A stretch of 64,000 nt of DNA from Torpedo marmorata (Eukaryota). The stretch spans positions 144,894,001-144,958,000 of the forward strand of contig OZ360220.1 in assembly GCA_977017645.1 (NCBI GenBank). The letters run 5' to 3'. The translations under genes and the position numbers were made by a program. The notes below the pieces were generated by a model. That model made no database searches, was not told the origin of the DNA, and was given only the letters and a program-made list of their open reading frames with translations. Numbering within the stretch: the first letter of the stretch is position 1; the number at the start of each line of letters is the position of its first letter. Shown piece by piece: positions 25,001 through 38,213 of the stretch.

Positions 25001-25977
25001 GTGCCTGCATCATGTCCATTACAACAGATGCATCGTCTGTAACCTGATACATTCCGCTTCAGCCACAAAGTGGAGGCTCGTATTTGAACCAATGTGTCCT
25101 GAAACGACAATTAGACCGCCCCAGTCGACCGAAATTCCCTGTCCCGCTCTGTCCCCCCGGTTAAAATAAACAGGTCTGCACCTCCACGAAACTGCGAGAG
25201 ACAGAATGAGGATTTATTTTTGACGAACGTCCTTTCGAACACAAATAGCCCGATGCATAATCTCAGGTTCTCGATTTCTCGTTTCAAAGTTGGGGAGGGG
25301 CAGAAAATGTTAAAAGTGAAATTTTCAAAGTTGCTACTTCACTTTCCATGTTTTAAAAAAAATCACCAACCCCTTTAATTTTTGTTCTACATTCAAAACA
25401 CCGCCATGAAAAGGAATTGCTGATTCCTCTTTTAATAAACATATACATCAAACTTAAAATTAACTAGTGTATTTAAAATCCATGTTTTTAAGTTTCACTT
25501 TCTAGTTTAATCACCGTTGACGAACAATGAGGTAATGACAAACCTCATTAGCAGTAGAATCTATACCACAATAGAGGGCCACTAATGCAAACGTGTCACA
25601 CCGAATGCGGTTCAGACGAGCGAGTTACAGTACTTGCTATTGCCCAGTAAAGAGAGAGAGAGAGAGAAAAAAAACGTTGAGTTGTACATCTGGAGAGAGA
25701 ATCGCGATTTAAATATCAGAGTATAGGCAGAATGCACAAACCCGGGTGAAATAAAATGATATTTCAGGAGCGACCCCCATCCCCCGTGATTTAATTATTT
25801 ATTCGAATCGTGGAAATATATTTAGCTTTTACCAGACATGCAGTTAGTCACACTCCGCAAGCTGCTGATCCTACACAGTGCAGAAAATGTTAGTTTCTGA
25901 ATCCGCATGTCATAGATATTTAAAATGTACACACGTTTTAATGCGGTCTGCAAAATGAATTACATCACGAAAATGTG

Positions 25978-27317
25978 TAGACACTGTGGTTGAAGTAAAA
26001 AACACAAATGCTGGAGAAACTCAGCAGGTCAAATAGTGTATTTTATGTAGAAACACATAACCGACGTTTCGGGCTTGAGCCCTTCATCAAAGTATGAGAA
26101 AATGCCGGCAGGCGTCCGAACAAAAGAGTGAGGGGGTGGCAAAGGCAGGAGATGATAGGTGGAGAAAGGAGGGAGGGAATAGCAGCAAAGAGGGGAAGGA
26201 GGGATGGCTGGGTGGGTGGAGAAAATCCGGAAGGACAGGTGAGGGGGGAGGGGAAGGAAATGACAAGCAGGTTTAGTGGAAAGCAGAAAAGTCAATGTTA
26301 ATACCATCTGGCTGGAGAGTGCCCAGACGGAAAATGAGATGTTGTTCCTCCAATTTGCAGGTAGTCTGGGTGGGATAGTACATAAGGCCATGGACAGACA
26401 TGTGCGTGTGGGAGTGTGACTTGGAATTGAAATGGCTGGCTACTGAGAGGTCGCTGTTGTTGCAGACGGAGAGGTGCTCAGCAAAGCGATCTCCCAATCT
26501 ACGACCGGTCTCTCCGATGTAGAGAAAGCCACAAAGGGAGCACCGGATGCAGTAAATAAGTTCTCTGGATGTACAAGTGAAGTGTAGTTTCACTTGAAAG
26601 GCCTGTTTGGGGCCACGGACCGTGGTGAGGGGGAAGATGTGGGCGCAGGTGTTGCACCTCCTGCGGGCACAGGGGAAGGTGCCGGGGGTGCGATGGGTGG
26701 GGAGGGATGAGTGCACGAGGGAATCGCGGAGGGAGCGGTCCCTGCGGAAGGCCGAGAGGGAAGGAGAAGGAAAAATGTGTCCTGTAGTAAGTGCCGGAAA
26801 TTCTGGCGGATAATGTGTTGGATGCGGAGGCTGGTGGGGTAGTAGGTGAGGATGAGGGGGATTCTATGTTTGTTGCGTCTTGGGGCAGAGGGGGCCAGGG
26901 CAGATGAGCGGGAAATGGAGGAGATGCGGGTGACGGTGGTGGAGGGGAAGCCACGTTTGTGGAAGAAGGCAGTCATTTCAGAAGATCTGGACTGGAAGAC
27001 CTCATCTTGGGAACAGATGGGGCGGAGACGGAGAAATTGAGAGAAGGGGATGGAATCCTTGCAGGGGACAGGGTGTGACGAAGTCTAGTCAAGGTAGTTG
27101 TGGGAGTTGGAGAGTTTGTAGTAAATGTCGGTGGAAAGCTTGTCTCCTGAGATGGAGACAGAGAGATCCAGGAAGGGGAGAGTGTCATCGGAGATGGACC
27201 AGGTGAGTTTGAGATCGTGGTGGAAGTTGGATGCTAAGTGGATGAAGTTGACAAGCTCATCGCGGGTGCATGAGGCAGCCCCGATGTAGTCGTCAATATA
27301 ACGGAGGAAGAGATGCA
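25978..27317 (-). mobile_element. Penelope-like element (RT C-terminus plus GIY-YIG endonuclease), 5'-truncated
   Basis: FLRYIDD and LPFLDL RT motifs; Cys-rich linker CARRRCNTC (Neptune-like); LIYCIRC...LYIGETGRRLGDRFAEH; terminal repeat with hammerhead motif. Confidence 0.93.
26056..26096 (-). ncRNA. Minimal type I hammerhead ribozyme motif (C3U variant) in a PLE terminus
   Basis: Minus strand CAUACU-UUGAUGA-A-GGGCUCAAGCCC-GAAAC-GUC-GGUUAUG: core boxes, stem II, palindromic ACGU stem III, GUC cleavage triplet, stem I pairing. Confidence 0.72.
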
Positions 27318-27492
27318 AAATGAATTAGTCATCTTTACTTTAAGGAGGATTTTCTTTACAGAAAAAGTGCCAAGTTTTCAATTGGGTGTGGACAGTAGCT
27401 AGCTAGCTGGTGAGATGGCGATAAAAGTGGCGAATTGAGTTAGTTCGCCAAAGTGCCATTTGAGAAGGACAAACAAGGTCGGGAGCATAAAA

Positions 27493-27760
27493 TCTATGGA
27501 GAGAAATGGCCAGTCAATGTTTAGGATCAGGACCCTTTATTGAGACTAAAGTAGGAAGGGAAAATGTGATAAATATAAAGGAGTAAAAGAGGGCGCTTCC
27601 CTCCTCCTCCCCCCCCCCTTTTATATACTTGCAATCTCCCCTTCCTACTTTCGTCTGGATAAAGGGTCCCGACCTGAAACGTTGACTATTTCTCTCCATG
27701 GATGCTGTCTGACCCGCCGAGTCCCACCCCCCGCTTCTCTTTGTTCACTCATGACTCCAG
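27493..27760. repeat. Palindromic PLE-terminus derivative with a decayed hammerhead motif in each arm
   Basis: GTCTGGATAAAGGGTCCCGACCTGAAACGTTGAC and its inverted counterpart near 27513-27547. Confidence 0.72.
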
Positions 27761-28234
27761 GAGCTAAATGTAAACTTGTATCGCAGAAAAAATACAACGT
27801 GCTTTTCTGGTCACCACCTGGAAGGTTGTAGTTTCAACATGGTGTAGATTTAAGGAGATGTTGCCAGGAATGGAGAAACTATCAAGTAGATCACTTTGTG
27901 AGGCTGCAACTGCTTTCTTTGCTAGTATGAGTAGACTTAGGAACGGAGATAATATCAACGTATAAAAGGAGCCTGGAGCAGAGAGACCAGGACAACAATC
28001 AATGGACATTTGTTGAAAGTAAATTGTAGAAAACTAGAGATTTATTTTTTTTCCCATGGTGAAGGGAGGTGATGGCAACTTTCTGCTTGAGAATTGGTAG
28101 ATGCAGCAACATTTAAAGCATACTTGTTGGAATGTTCACTCTGTTGAGACCTCCAAGGCCAAACCTTAACAGCTCAGAAATGGGTAAGGAAGGTTGGCTT
28201 TTTATTGGTTCACATGGACACTATAGGTGTGTCT

Positions 28235-29650
28235 CCATAGTAAAAACACAATGCTGGAGGAACTCAGCTGGTCAAACAGTATACTTTATATAGCAAAGAT
28301 AGATACATAACCAATCTTTCGGGCTTGATCCCTTCATCAAGGTATGAAAAAAATGTTGGCAGGTGCCTGAACATAATGGTACAGGGGAGGGAGGAGCAAG
28401 GTCCCAAAGGCAGGAGGTAATAGGTGGAGAAAGGAGGGAGGGCACAGCAGCAAGCAGAGGAGGAGGGATGGCTCTGTGAAAGGAGAAAGAAGTGGGTGGA
28501 GAGCTGGAAGAAAGAAGACAAAGGGAAAGGGAAGGGAGGGGGAAAGGAGAGTAGGCTTGCAGGAACCAGAGAAGTCGATGTTGATGCCATCCGGCTGGAG
28601 AGTGCCCAGATGGAAAATCAGGTGTTGTTCCTCCAATTTATGGGTAGTCTTGGTGGAATAGTACATAAGGCCATGGACAGACATGTAAGTACAGGAGTGG
28701 GGCGCGGAATTGAAGTGGTTGGCCACTGGGAGATTCCTAAGACTGATGCAGACAAGAGCGAAGGTGCACAGCAAAGTGATCTCCCAGTCTGTGCCCAGTC
28801 TCTCCGATGTAGAGAAGGCCACAAAGGGAGCACCGGATGCAGTAGATCACTCCCATGGATACACAAGTCAAGTGTTGCTTCACTTGGAAAGGACTGTTTG
28901 GGGCCCCAAATGGTGGTGATGGAGGAGGTGCGGGCACTTTCTGTGGCCACAGGGAAGGTGCTGGGGGGGGGGGGGGAAGGATGAGTGGACAAGGGAGTCA
29001 CAGAGGGAGCAGTCCATATGGAAGGCGGAGAGAGGAGGAGAGGGGAAGATGTGTCTAGCAGTGGGATCACGTTGCAGGTGGCGGAAATTATGGAGTTGGA
29101 TGTGGAGGCTGGTAGATAAGGACAAGGGGAATCCTGTGTTTGTTGCATCTGGGGGCAGAAGGGGCCAGATTAGATGAGCGGGAAATGGAGGAGATGCGGG
29201 TGAGGGCTGAGTTGATGGTGGTGGAGGGGAAGCCACGTTTGTGGAAGAAGGCAGACATTTCAGATGATCTTTATTGGAAGACCTCATCTTGGGAACAGAT
29301 GCGGCGGAGACGGAGAAATTGCAAGAAGGGAAAAGAATCCTTGCAGGGGACAGGGTGTGAAGAAGTGTAGTTGAGGTAGTTGTGGGAATTGGTGTGTTTG
29401 TAAAATATGTCTGTGGAAAGCTTGTCTCTGAGATGGAGACAGAGAGATCCAGAGAGGGGAGAGTGTTGCCAAAGATGGACCAGGTGAATTTGAGATCGGG
29501 TTGGAAGTTGTCAATGAAGTGAATGAAGTTGATGAGCTCATCACAGGTGCATGAGGCAGCCCCGATGAAGTCGTCAATAGAGCGGAAGAGTTGATGGGCC
29601 TTGCCTGTGTAGGCTTGCAGCATGGATTGCTCCACAAAGCCCACATAGGT
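28235..29650 (-). mobile_element. Second Penelope-like element, degenerate
   Basis: YVGFVEQSMLQ...SIDD, VIYCIRCSLCGLLYIGETG, LEEQHLIFHLGTLQPDGINIDF; same terminus as 25978-27317. Confidence 0.92.
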
Positions 29651-30074
29651 GTGTCCCATAGTGGGACATGATAGGTGTGTCCCCAGAATGGGGCACAATA
29701 GTGATGCTGTCCAGGTGTATTGAGCCTGTAATATGCAATCACTTCCACACACAAGTTGTGACAATTTTGAGAACCTCTGTGCTCTTGCAGATTGTTCAGG
29801 CAAAGCTAGTTGGAAGAAAGAGTTGGGACCTGGAGGAAAGTAATTGAATATTTCAACTTGGAAGTTCATGAATATAAAGAAACATGCACTGTGGGAAGGA
29901 GAATGCAGATACACAGGGTCCACTCAATGGGCTGAATGCTTCAATAATTAAGATTCCCTCAGTCTGAATAGAGGAATATGTATTGTGTGCAAGCAGCAGA
30001 ATTTTAACTAACTTGGGCATCATGTTCTGCACAGACACGTGGGCCAAAGGCCCTGTTCCTGTGCTGTTCTGTTC

Positions 30075-30340
30075 TAAAGCCTCTTTTCCAGGGGGAAAAA
30101 TTTAAAGGAGACCTGTGGGGCATCTTCTTCAGACAGAGGGTGGTGGCTATATGGAATGAGCTGCCAGTGGAAGTGGTAGAAGCGGGTACAATGGTGATGT
30201 TCAATGGCCTTTAAACAGGTAAATGGATAAGGATGGTTTAGAGGGATATTGGCCGAGCCCAGGGAAGTGCGACTAGCCTGGTCGGCGTGGACAAGTTGGG
30301 CCGAAGGACCTGATTCCGTGCTGTAGAACTCGATGACTTC
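30075..30340 (+). mobile_element. CR1 3' end fragment
   Basis: FFRQRVVAIWNELPVEVVEAG followed by a CR1-type 3' UTR. Confidence 0.8.
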
Positions 30341-32047
30341 ATTCACCTTTGGGGCTTCTCCACTCACTTACAATCCTCTGTCACTCGATAAACTCCGGAG
30401 TTGGGAACGTTACGATCCAGGAGTGAGCAAATATATTCCTCACAAGGTGATCACTGTTCACATCTCGCGTGTGATAGGGGCCCTGTGTTAATTGTATTTG
30501 GCCAATACCGACTTCCATCAGAATACAGAGAGAGCTGGGATACCTTCATCGTCCTTCTGACACAACGGGAAATATCACAGAGGATACAGAATAAGGCTCA
30601 GGCAAGTCTGAGAAAGTGCCCCCACCTTGGCAATTCCTCCCTCCATTTCCCAGACATCAGATCCTGTCACCTCCTGTGTCCAAGAGAGCTTCACATTTGC
30701 GAAGAACCACACTCCGATATTCTGGCCACATTTCCGTTATTTCTAGACCCAGAACCTGAGTGAATTATACCCACTCATATTAATTGTTCTAATTATGTCA
30801 TCTCAACAGTCACATTTCAGCAGTAATTTGAATATACTGATGGTGGCTTTGATGTTCTACTGAATAAAATGGGTTTCAAAAAGAATCCTTAATAGTGGCT
30901 TCCAAAATACAATTTAAAATATTATAACTCGGGGAGTTTACTTTGGGCCCCTACAAATATTTTACCAACTTCAGAATCCACATATACTATTCTGAAAGAA
31001 AATGTCCCATTCTTTTACCAGAAGGGATGGGGGGGGGGGAAGGGTCTATAATTACGGCAATGGTGGGAGACAGATCCATAAGGGGATGGTGGGAGTTGCC
31101 CGAGTGTGCGAGATGGAGTTAGGAGAAAGTGCCCAGCTGCTGATTAAATCACAAAGTTTACGATATATTTTATTTGTATTTATTTATTTGCAGAAAGTCG
31201 GCTGTTGATCTTGGCTTGTTAGCGTGTGAAAGGGTCTGGCAAATCCCTCTGGCCTGAACAGGATTCGGGGTTAATGAAGTGACGGACACACTCTCTCCGA
31301 GTCACAGAACAAAAAAAAGCAGCACAACAAAACGAGAGGATTCTACAAGGATTGACTTAAACCCAGGGGATAATGAGAGGTTTCTTATAATCCCATTGCT
31401 TAATAATGAAATGAAATAAGGGCACAATAAAGTTTTTTTTTTAAATTAAATTTATAATTTATCTCAAAGAGCAAAAAAAAACCCTCTCCACTGGATGTGG
31501 TTTGCAAATAACCTATAATTAAAATCTGAAGATTAATTCGCCTTTCTTTGTTTTTAATGAGTTGCAAGATTAACTTGATAGCTTTCAAAAATACATATAA
31601 TGTATATAACACCAGATAGCGCAGCTGAGGAAATCTTAAATGTCATAAAAGACCAGATCGGGGAAAATCCAATACTTAAAAGTACTGAATACTGAAATGG
31701 TTCAAAAGATTTCCACCTTATTTTTTCACCTTTATAACTCAGCAACAATTACATCAATTAAAATTTATTTTGGTATTAATAAAAATGGCAGCAAATTAAA
31801 AATGAAAACACTTTATTGTGTATAAAAAAATAACCTTGAATTTTAATAAAAAACAGTTCACCCCTTCTCATACCTTTATTACGTATTTAACAATTTTGTT
31901 ACTAAATATGCATTGAATCTGACTCGAATTACAGAAACATGATTGACAACATTCCACGCATCAGCATATCTTTAGCCAGGGTTATAAGTCTGGTTAAAGG
32001 AAATGGAGCCTTCCCATAATGTATTAAAATACAAATGAAGCACATTG

Positions 32048-32262
32048 TGTGCAGAAAATAATCTGCTGGAGGAACTGAGTGGGTCAAGCAGCTTCAGTGG
32101 GCTGACGATTCAGGTCGGAAAACTTCATCAACCTTTCGGTCTTGATGAAGAGTTGATAAAAGATTCCAATCTTAAACATAGACCAAATTTTTTCTCCCAC
32201 TGATACTGCCTGATCTGCTGAGTTCCCCTGGCAGATTGGTTTTTTTTTGCTCCAGATTCCAG
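32048..32262. repeat. Palindromic PLE-terminus derivative
   Basis: AATCTGCTGGAGGAACTGAG...CTGAGTTCCCCTGGCAGATT, with central CTTCATCAA/TTGATGAAG. Confidence 0.7.
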
Positions 32263-33322
32263 TCTTTCATGTACATTGTGTGACTGAGCTGAGAAACAGG
32301 GAAGTTTATCATTAGGAGTGTATCAGGTGGAAGTCACACACCTGTTTCATAGCAGTGTTAACAAACATGTAGAAATCAAGATTGTGCAGAGTAGACACAA
32401 ATTTGACACAAGACTTTGCTTTCTGATAACAAAAACAAACTGCTGGAGGAAATTATCAGGTTAAACAACATTTGGGAAGGCAAACAAATGGTTGACATAT
32501 TGGGTGTTCTGATAACCTGCTGAAAAATTGTGATAAGAACATAAAAAATGGAGCAGTGCAGGCTGCTCAGTTTCAAGCCTGCCCCACTGTTCAATTTGGA
32601 CTGTGCTGACCTGCTCCAGGCCTCATCCCCTCTGTGTTAGTTGCCCACAGCCCTCAATTCCCTGATCTTTCCAAACTGCATCTACTTCTTTTTAACTACC
32701 TCCTATGATCTGGTCTCCACATGCAGGGTTTTGGTTTATTAGTTTCCTGAATTTTCCAGATATACTGTATATTATCATGGTGGTCATGGTGCGACTTCTC
32801 ATTCTTTGATTTGTATGCAATACTTAGATTGCATTCATCCAGCACAATTAATGAGGCCAAATATTGCTGAGTGTTATCAAATAAAACGTGGCACCAATTA
32901 TAGAGCAGGTAACCATAGGCAAGTGTTAAGAAACACATAAAAAGAGAAGCAGAGGATGAGGTTTAGGAAGGAAATTCCAGATATTAAAGTCTTAATAACC
33001 AAATATGCATCTACCAATAGCAGTAGGGGTCTCTGCAGCCCGCAGAGTTTCCCTGGCAGATTGGTTTTTTTTGCTCCAGATTCCAGTCTTTCATGTACAT
33101 TGTGTGCCTGAGCTGAGAAACAGGGAAGTTTATCATTTGGAGTGTATCAGGTGGAAGTCACCGTCACACAGCTGTTTCAAGTAGAAATCAAGATTGTGCA
33201 GAGTAGACCCAAATTTGACAAGACTTTGCTTTCTGATAACAAAAACAAACTGCTGGAGGAACTTATCAGGTTAAACAACATTTGTGAAGGTAAACAAATG
33301 GTTGACATATTGGGTGTTCTGA
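32220..33322 (+). repeat. ~290-bp dispersed direct duplication (32220-32512 and 33045-33322)
   Basis: The two segments align with high identity and a few indels. Confidence 0.92.
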
Positions 33323-35053
33323 AAAGTCACTGTTGATCGCCGGTGCCGGAACCTTTCAACAAGACTTTCTTTTTATTCCTCAGATGCTGCTTGACCCGCT
33401 GAATTCCTCCAGCATATTACATTTTTCTACACATTCCAGCATCTGCCATCTCTCATGTATCCCATTGTAAGGGTTTATGCTTGGAAAAGATCGAGACCCG
33501 AAGTGAAGAAGTGCAGAGATGGAGATGCAAGACCGGAAAAGGTTACAGCAAAAAAGTGATAGAGAATCTGAAAATAAGGAAGGGTTTGGAAATTTACTGT
33601 GAGTGAACAAGCAGTCAATGTACATCAGTGAGGACAATGGATTGAGTGATGGGCAAAAAGGATTTGGACCATAGTGCCTTAAATTATAGACTAAGTGAAG
33701 TTGGTCAGCTATGTATTGGAATTCCTCCAGCAGAATGTGTTTAGCTCCAGATTCCAGCATCTGCAGTCTCCTGTCTCCATGTATTGAAATAAACAAAGAC
33801 CAAGGTAACAAAGACAAGGGTAAAGATTTCTACAGTGGCAGGTGATATTGGGGTAGTCACAGGAGGTCTTTGTGGTGGTTTAGATATGTAGAACAAAACT
33901 AATCTCAAATTCAAATACTGTCTATGGTTCAGCCATAAACAATGGATGACAAATGACAAATGGATTTGGTTTTCTTTACATTTGGTTCAAGTCAATTTCT
34001 GATCATCTGGGTGTGGGATAAGTAATCTGCAATTTTAGCGTCTGCGGCGGGTTGGAAGAGGTGGTGAAATGGAACTGGAGGACGCAACTAAATATAGGAA
34101 TCGGATTCTGTTACCTTGGAGCAGCATGTAGATTGGGAAACTGGAGGGGTCCAGGGTAACTGATGATCCTGGATCGATATGAATGGTACTAGGTGACTGC
34201 AGATCCATCCAGTCAGAGGATGGAATGGGGAGCCACAGCCAAGAATGCAGCAGGGTGGACAATGAAGAAAAGGGACTGATTACTACAGCCACGAAAGGAT
34301 TCGTTCTCAACTTTGATGATGTCATTTTCCATATTGTAGCAAGGGCAGAAACACAATAGGAAAGATTTAAACAAGGATTCTCAGAATGATGGGGATGGAT
34401 TTGGAAAATGTACAAAAGATACAAGAATTTGAGGTGATGTGAGAAAACACAGAGGAATTCAGGATTACTTTTAAAAAAAACTATCAGCTGTGCAGCATAT
34501 ATAGGGAGAGGAAGGAAGGTTGGGTTCAGTAGGGATAGGGACAAGAGAGGAGATGGTTGATTTGAACAAGATGAGGTCAGAGAAGGCATAAAGGGAAAAT
34601 GGAACTGTGACCGCATTCTACTTTCATGAGATTTCCCTGCCCTGGGAAGTGTTTAATAGCAACACAGAGTTTACATCTCCAATATTTATACCCAGAGAAA
34701 AATATAGGAGAAGGTCTATTTTCTCTGATTTACGCTCAGGATTCTAACCAATTGTGACCCACATCTGTTAATCTTTGGGACAATGTATGGGGATGGAGCA
34801 TGTGCCAGTAAAAATCCTCTGAAATTAATTTAAATTCACAATTTAAATTTAAAACCATTTGATTCTCTTCTGTGCAATATATTAGAAACAATACATTTAA
34901 GTCATAAAAAACATATACAATTTCAACAGACACTATCTGTTAGTTTGCCCTGCCTATCAGAGTAGTTCTGTAACTTGTTGCAGCCCACTCAGTGTTGACC
35001 AGCATTAATAGCACAGCTTTCGACAAAGTGTCTGCAATTGTTTGTAGCTCATT

Positions 35054-35204
35054 TCAGGCACTTTCTGACTGGGGACTGGGATCTCTTACAGGCTTTGGCT
35101 TCTTCTTTACCTTATAAAATTTCTCTCCAAGTCCACTTGAGAATTCAGATCGCAGTTTCAAAGTGACTTGTGCCTTAGCAGAAAGATTCCTACCGAAGGC
35201 AGGC
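35054..35204 (-). CDS. ddx31: DDX31, last coding exon
   Basis: Acceptor tttgtcttttctgcag|G completes the phase-2 Arg codon; RPAFGRNLSAKAQVTLKLRSEFSSGL...SESA* resembles human RPDLHKKTQSKHSLAEILRSEYSSGM. Confidence 0.88.
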
Positions 35205-35736
35205 CTGCAGAAAAGACAAAAATGGAAGTAGCAATTCTTTACTATGTGCAAGTTTAGAGAATAAAATTCTAAAAAGACAAAGTGAAGCAAGATTTAAATA
35301 TTATTAAGTTACTTGAAGGTCCTGCAATATCACTGCAAAAAACAATATACACCAACTTCAGATCTGACACAAAATCATATCTGACCAATTTATTAGGAAT
35401 ATGTGGTGTGGATAAAAAGGAAACTAGTGAATGTCCATACTTTGATTTTCAGAAGGAATTTGATAACACCCGACATCAAAGGTTATTGTGGAAAATAGGT
35501 GTAGGAGGTCATTTTTTTGGTGTGGATGAAGATTGGTGGGTCAACAGGGAACGCAGTTGGCATGAATGCTATTTCATTGGCAAGATGTAATGAGTGGTGC
35601 TTCAGCGACAAGTGCATAAACCACAACTTTTACAATTTACATTAATGGATGAAGGGAGTAAAGGTGCAAGCGTGCAATTTGCTCATGGCAAGGCTAGTTA
35701 GGAAATGAAGTGAAGTTGAGGGAGCAACATGATATG

Positions 35737-36517
35737 GAACCATAGAACACTATAGCACAGAAACAGGCCCCTTCGGCCCTTCTAGTCTGTACCGAACCAT
35801 TTTTTTTTGCCTAGTCCCACTGACCTGCACCCAGTCCATAGCCCTCCATACCTCTCCCATCCATGTACCTGTCCAAATTCTTCTTAAATGTTAAAATTGA
35901 GTCCGCATTCACCACTTCAGCTGGCAACTCGTTCCACACTCCCACCACTCTCTGTGTGAAGAAGTTCCCCCTAAACTTTTCCCCTTTCACTCTAAACCCA
36001 TGTCCTCTGGCTTGTATCTCACCTACCCTCAGTGGAAAAAGCCTATCTACATTTACTCTGTCTATCCCCCTCATAATTTTAAATACCTCTATCAAATCTC
36101 CCCTCATTCTTCTACCCTCCAGGGAATAAAGTCCTAACCTGTTTAACCTTTCCCTGTAACTCAGTTCCTGAAGTCCGGGCAACATCCTAGTAAATCTTCT
36201 TTGCACTCTTTCTATCTTATTGATATCTTTCCTGTAGTTAGGTGACCAAAACTGCACACAATACTCCAAATGTGGCCTCACCAATGTCTTATACAACTTT
36301 ACCATAACATCCCAACTCCTATACTCAATACTTTGATTTATGAAGGTCAATATGCCAAAAGCTCTCTTTACAACCCTATCCACCTGTGACGCCACTTTCA
36401 GGGAATTATGTATCTGTATTTCCAGATCCCTCTGTTCTACCACACTCCTCAGTGCCCTACCATTTACCGTGTGTGTCCTTTCTTGGTTTGTCCTTCCAAA
36501 ATGCAACACCTCACACT
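35737..36517 (-). mobile_element. CR1 LINE 3' fragment in the ddx31 intron
   Basis: 232-aa ORF 36509-35811 is the ORF2 C-terminus (LVRPHLEYCVQFWSP); same tail as the other copies. Confidence 0.95.
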
Positions 36518-37399
36518 GGAGATGTAGAACAGTAGAATAGGCTGTAATTTGAAAGCTTTAACAAATAATTTGCTTTCAGGTGATGATTCCTTGGTAAGTG
36601 CATGGTTCTGTATCATGCAATGACGTTTCCCATGAGTCATTTGGTCCATGAATTGCAATGCATATTTTTAATGTTGCATTGGAAGATTGGCTGTGTGAGA
36701 AATTTTAGAGTAAAAAAATTAATGCACTTAGCTTTTTAAAAGGTGGGGAATGAAACAGCACAAAGTTATGTGGACGGCACTGGAGGTAGGAATAGATTAC
36801 CACCTCTGGAAAGTGTTATGAAATCCTGATGCTTTGAATATTCCTGGGCACCCTCAATATCTGATTTAGCTTTTTATTTTAAACTTGCTTTGAACTGTCA
36901 CAGCGCAAGAACATTTTGTTGCACATCAAGGACATCAAAGGTTCCAAAACATTCTGGTTAGTGATCCAACACAGAACAGAGTTTAGTACTTCATCAATAG
37001 TCCCTCTGATAGTAACAGGGACAGAATGGTGTAGGCACAGCTTAGCTCTCTGACCCATCACATTGAGTCACTAAGGAAGAAAGACTGCTTTTATAAAGTA
37101 AGAGATGGGATTCCTTTGGGCTGTGTGACAGAGAACTTCTGTGAGTTGTGTGACAGAGATCAATATGAGAGGACATGCAACATGGCTTTTACTAGAAACG
37201 CAAAACATTTGTAATGTGGCAAAGGGTTCTTCAGGAATAAAACAAACATCTTGCTTAAGAAACAAAGGGAAATGTCCCAGTAAATAAAACATCCTCAACT
37301 CGCAACATCATACATGCAACTGTATATAATGCCCTCTGAAACAGCAGAGTGAAATTTCTTGCCTCAACATTTAGACGATGCAATACTTTTGAAAAAATA

Positions 37400-38150
37400 A
37401 ATAATTTATTTTCATTTTTAACAATGAAACAAAATACTTCAAAAACAGATATAACATTATATAGTAATACATTAAAGTAACATATATAATAAAAAAAAAC
37501 AATTACCCCAAACCTCCCCCCCAAAGAAAAAAAACAAAACAAATGGTCGACAATGTTTATATAATTACTAATTTCATCAAATATATAAGAGAAAGAAAAA
37601 CTCCAAGGCTTCCATGCAACAGGGCTTATCGCGTGAAGGAACCCAAAACAAATTAATAACAAATCTTCTTTGATTAAATTATCCTGACCCCAAATAATCT
37701 AAATAAGGTTGCCAAATTTTATAAAAAATAACCTGTTTGTTTTTAATGTTATACGTAATTTTCTCCAATGGAATACAACTATTTATTTCTGAGGTCCATC
37801 TATCAATAGACAATGGGGAATCTGACTTCCAAGTAGTCATTAAACACTTTCTAGCCACACAAAAAGCTATTCCCAAAATATATAATTTGATATCTTGTTA
37901 GGGTGTCCTTAATAGTAGTAAAATTTCCCAAAAGGCATATCTTTGGATCTAAAATGAGAGTAACTCCAATAACTTTAGATAAGATGTCACAGAGATTATG
38001 CCAAAATTGTCTCAACTTATAGCACATCCATGTTGAATGTAAAAAAGAACCAACCTCCGTTCCACATCCAAAACACATCTCTGATAATTCTGGTTTAAAT
38101 TTATGTAATTTCTGTGGAGTCAAATATAATTGATGCAATACTCTTTTTAA
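37400..38150 (-). mobile_element. L1/Tx1-clade LINE 3' fragment
   Basis: LHQLYLTP...CFGC...HSTWMC zinc-binding motif and C-terminal FYKIWQPY; T/G-rich 3' UTR on the minus strand. Confidence 0.82.
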
Positions 38151-38213
38151 AAAAAATCCTAATCTTACACTCCAGGAGTTGTGGGGCTGAGTCCTTGCAC
38201 TGAATAATACCTC

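Noticed and set aside
28880-29923. 347-aa ORF as a novel gene
   Set aside because: A chimeric frame running from flanking DNA through a frameshifted Penelope-like element.
34000-34616. 193-aa minus-strand ORF downstream of the ddx31 stop
   Set aside because: No recognisable domain; the composition suggests a very decayed L2-like LINE, too weak to call.
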